From Flectonema sp. DT1601 (Eukaryota), in the NCBI GenBank assembly GCA_964019425.1, contig OZ025800.1:248001-312000 (forward strand): a stretch of DNA of 64,000 nucleotides, given 5' to 3'. Position 1 is the stretch's first letter. The number at the start of each line of letters is the position of its first letter. The translations under genes and the position numbers were made by a program. Shown here one piece after another: positions 60,794 to 64,000 of the stretch. The notes below the pieces were generated by a model that searched no databases, had not been told where the DNA came from, and saw only the letters and a program-made list of their open reading frames with translations.

Positions 60794-61197
60794 GAGAGAG
60801 ATACGCAGCAAAACAAAATAAAAAACGTTTCGTTTCATTCTGGAAAGGTGGTTCACATCCATAACAACAACAAGTCCTGTTCGACTTGTTGTCGTCAAAG
60901 GAGGTCAAGTTAATTTTGAATAAACTTAAAAACCGACTGGAGGGAAAGATTTGTTTTCTTTCTAACTGTCTGTGCAACATCCAATACATATCGTACATAA
61001 TATTACACACAGGCTCTGGTACATAACTTTTAAAATTACGTGGTCTTATTACCAAAGAGAGAGATGCGCAGCAAGAGTACCAAAAAAAACAAAAAAAAAA
61101 AAAAACCATAATTCTGCCTCACAATGTTCGTTTTCTGAAAGGTAGTTCACATCCACAACAACAGGTATCGTACATAACGTCCTGTTGTTTAAGACGT
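60794..61197. repeat. Degenerate local direct duplication
   Basis: GAGAGAGATRCGCAGCAA and GAAAGGTRGTTCACATCCAYAACAACA each occur twice (~60794/61059 and ~60843/61137). Confidence 0.7.
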
Positions 61198-61567
61198 TGA
61201 AAACACAACCCGCAGTACTTACTGTAAACCGAAGAAAAAACAAAACAAAAACAAAAAAAAAAAACAAAAAAAAGGAAAATAAGATCAAGAAAGTATGTAA
61301 AAAGGCTGCTGTCTTTTTACAAAAAAAAGGCAAAAAAAACTACGGCAAAAATAATGGAAAAGGTTTTTTATAAAAAAAAGAAAATTTCGTCTTGTACGAC
61401 GAAAACTTCTTTATTCATTTTTTTTTTTTCTTCCCCTTAAATTTTTACAGTGAGAAAAGAATGGCGTGCTGATCAAACACATCGTGGCGAGGGTTTTCAA
61501 ACAACAATGGGATAAGAAATACCTCTTTGGATTTAAGATTACACACTATGCAGAATAATCGATGAGG

Positions 61568-61588
61568 GAGAGAGAGAGAGAGAGAGAG
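61568..61588. repeat. (GA)n microsatellite
   Basis: Direct inspection. Confidence 0.85.
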
Positions 61589-62831
61589 ATGATGACGATC
61601 ACAGTACAAAAATAAGTTCACCATTCTCTCAATATGTACAATACAAGTATAACTGTCACGGAATGATAACAGGGAGGGGAGTTTACAGGAGATTATTTAA
61701 CTCTCAAGTGTTATTTTTTTTTTTTTTTTTTGCTTCAGGTTATCAGAAGCCGACAGTACTTACTTTTTTTGTTGCCAGAAAAAAAAAAAAAACCACTATC
61801 TGAGAGAAGCCAAGGAGGTTAACATCAGCCAACGGTACAGTGACCATGGTGATTAAATAAAGTTAAAAAGGGGAGTACAGTCCATCATAAGTTAATATAT
61901 CATTAGCTTATCAATATAATCTACTGGGCATCCTGAACACAGCATGCCATCGTTGCTACTTTCAACTTATTTTGTAGTCAGTTGCATATTATCAGATCAA
62001 CAGTTCAGCGACCATGGTGATGTTATTTTTTTTTTCTTTTTTTTTTCATAACATTAAAAGTGAAGTAAAGAAGGAGAGTCTACTGTCCTTCACAAACCGG
62101 GTTATCGTAAGCTGACCCGTTAGACTTTTTGTTTGACAACAGGAGATGAAATACTTTGACTGTATGTTGATTATCGTAGAGGGGACCAAACCTCGAAAAA
62201 CAAGAGTAGTTTAATAAAACAAGTATACCAACTCTTAGTTAGTATTAAAGGTTATCAGTCAAAAGAAGGGGAGAGGGCGGGAAAATTCAATCGAATGCAA
62301 ACAGCTCTTAGTTAGCGAGTCCAACATACAATTGAGTACCGGTTAGATAGACGCGACAGGGTGGAACGGTTAACCACCTGTGAGTCCCCAATACTACAAC
62401 ATTATGTCAAACCTATTCCCTCTTGGAGTGTTTAAGTTCTTAGAGGTAAAAAAACTTTTTTAAAAAAAAAAAAAATAAAAAAAATTGGAGTTGACTAATA
62501 AAGGAAACGCGTGAATGAAAAAATAACAATCTTCAAAAAAAAAGATTAGAGAAGCAAAGAAAACTTGTCACAAACAATAAAAATAAAAATAGAAAGGATC
62601 ATTATGTCCTAACTGATTGTATTCACCAAGAACACGACCACTGTTTTCAGTGACAACGATCTTGGAAATCATGTGCTGCTAACGATCAAAAGCCAACAAC
62701 CAGTTGCGCAAGAAAAATACAAAACAGAGAGGCAAGGGGAAGGTAACGAGATGACATTGTATACCAGTAGATAATTGGTTTATTTAGACTTTAAAGTCAG
62801 ATAAAGATAATAAGAAAAAACAAAAAGCAAA

Positions 62832-64000
62832 CTACTTCCGTACAGGTCTCTTCGGATTTCTCGTAAACTGGCTGTCAGAAGTATGAGTGACAACAAAAGA
62901 TTCTTGGTGCTGAGTGATAGGTGTTTCTGAAGATGTAAACACTTCGCGAAGGTCTTGAAAATGCGGAATTCTTTTTGCAGAAATCCACTCCCTTGGTGTT
63001 TTTGTAATGTGGTATTTCCCATTGGGTAATAAAGTAACAAGACCAAGTGTTTCTAGTCGATTTAATCCACTAAAGTGATCAAAGTCGATATTCTTATTAT
63101 GTAAGTGATTCTTGAGGTAAACTTCTACCGTATCGTCGAGCTCACGTTCATCCAAGTCACCTAACTGCCACAAAAACCAATAAGTCAGAATAATTACTTT
63201 AAAATCTTGTTGTTTTGCTTCATCTACTAACTCGCTTACAACTGGCATATCCTGAGCAGCTTGCTTGCGTTCCACAAATTTTCTCACATCTTCAGCATTC
63301 TTCTTCTTCTGACCAGTGTATTTAATAAAAAGGCTGTATAAACTCTTCAGGATCCTCAACATTACACAGAAAGTTGAAAAGATTTTCCACATCTCAATCT
63401 CGTTATCGTTAAACCAAAATCCCAAAAAAGTTCCAACCAAACAATAAAAAGTAAACAAACAATTCGGAATGAAGAACAGATGATCTACTGGTTTTCGGTT
63501 CACTCTTTTATGTGGGAAAACAGCTTCAAGATCGCCAAACGCTATGTTTCTGTATAGAGTAATACAAAGTTCTGCATTGCTATTCTCTTTTGTAGGTGCA
63601 TTGCGGTAAACTGTACAGACGTGCGTGAAAGCCGGCTCAGCGATTGTGACATTTTGAAACAGCGTTGTAAAAAATCCATACTTCTCAACTATTTTTCTTA
63701 ATGATCTACGCTGAACCCAAATTGCGTTTTTATTCGTCTTACAATCAAGTGTTTGTGGAGTTTCTACAGGTTGTGAAACTGCCATCATCGTCAAGAAACA
63801 ATTTATCTTTTCCCACAAAAAGAAACCAGTTTTTTTAATATCTTGACGACCCCTGAGATAGACTCGCATGTGTTCTTGAAGACAATCGAATTCTTTTCCA
63901 GAATCACGTCGTTTCTCTTTAAAAGATGCATTGTGATGATACGCAAGTGGAGATGAGAAACAAGAAGACACTGATGAATCGTTTCTATGAAAGTGTTCTG
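62832..64000 (-). CDS. DUF3754 (TMEM143-like) membrane protein, probably 5'-truncated by the window edge
   Basis: FQNVTIAEPAFTHVCTVYR, LYRNIAFGDLEAVFP, two TM helices, DEAKQQDFKVIILTYWFL, IDFD...L..LGLV; frame is open to 64000. Confidence 0.75.
   Translation of the reverse strand, partial: EHFHRNDSSVSSCFSSPLAYHHNASFKEKRRDSGKEFDCLQEHMRVYLRGRQDIKKTGFFLWEKINCFLTMMAVSQPVETPQTLDCKTNKNAIWVQRRSLRKIVEKYGFFTTLFQNVTIAEPAFTHVCTVYRNAPTKENSNAELCITLYRNIAFGDLEAVFPHKRVNRKPVDHLFFIPNCLFTFYCLVGTFLGFWFNDNEIEMWKIFSTFCVMLRILKSLYSLFIKYTGQKKKNAEDVRKFVERKQAAQDMPVVSELVDEAKQQDFKVIILTYWFLWQLGDLDERELDDTVEVYLKNHLHNKNIDFDHFSGLNRLETLGLVTLLPNGKYHITKTPREWISAKRIPHFQDLREVFTSSETPITQHQESFVVTHTSDSQFTRNPKRPVRK

Noticed and set aside
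1..64000. Spliced-leader RNA gene, rRNA, complete tRNAs or an alternative genetic code
   Set aside because: No euglenozoan SL sequence or complete cloverleaf was seen; ORF breaks are explained by introns under the standard code

Overview
AT-rich eukaryotic genomic DNA, most likely a euglenozoan and probably a diplonemid. This lineage call is an inference from three things: all ~20 credible protein genes lie on the minus strand as one directional cluster, a BILBO1-family gene is present, and genes carry short GT-AG cis-introns. Genes include a ~2900-aa TMEM181-like/NADAR/class-3-lipase membrane protein, an amino-acid transporter, a GH3 glycosidase, BILBO1-like, vWA, GT61-like, two tandem zinc-finger paralogues, a sulfotransferase, a pectin-acetylesterase-like protein, tektin-like, PDZ, TPR, TSNAXIP1-like, a degenerate myosin and a DUF3754 protein. 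The gene-free interval at 33-39 kb holds an internally deleted piggyBac (TTAA TSD, 14-bp TIRs) nested inside a CATAG-ended TIR element. A potentially structured ~200-260 bp non-coding element occurs three times. The most unusual signals are: (1) cis-introns with inverted composition (U-rich 5' part, A-rich 3' end, no polypyrimidine tract) whose ends can base-pair; (2) the NADAR-lipase-TMEM181-like fusion; (3) several apparent pseudoenzymes. All domain calls are from motif recognition by eye, without database searches.
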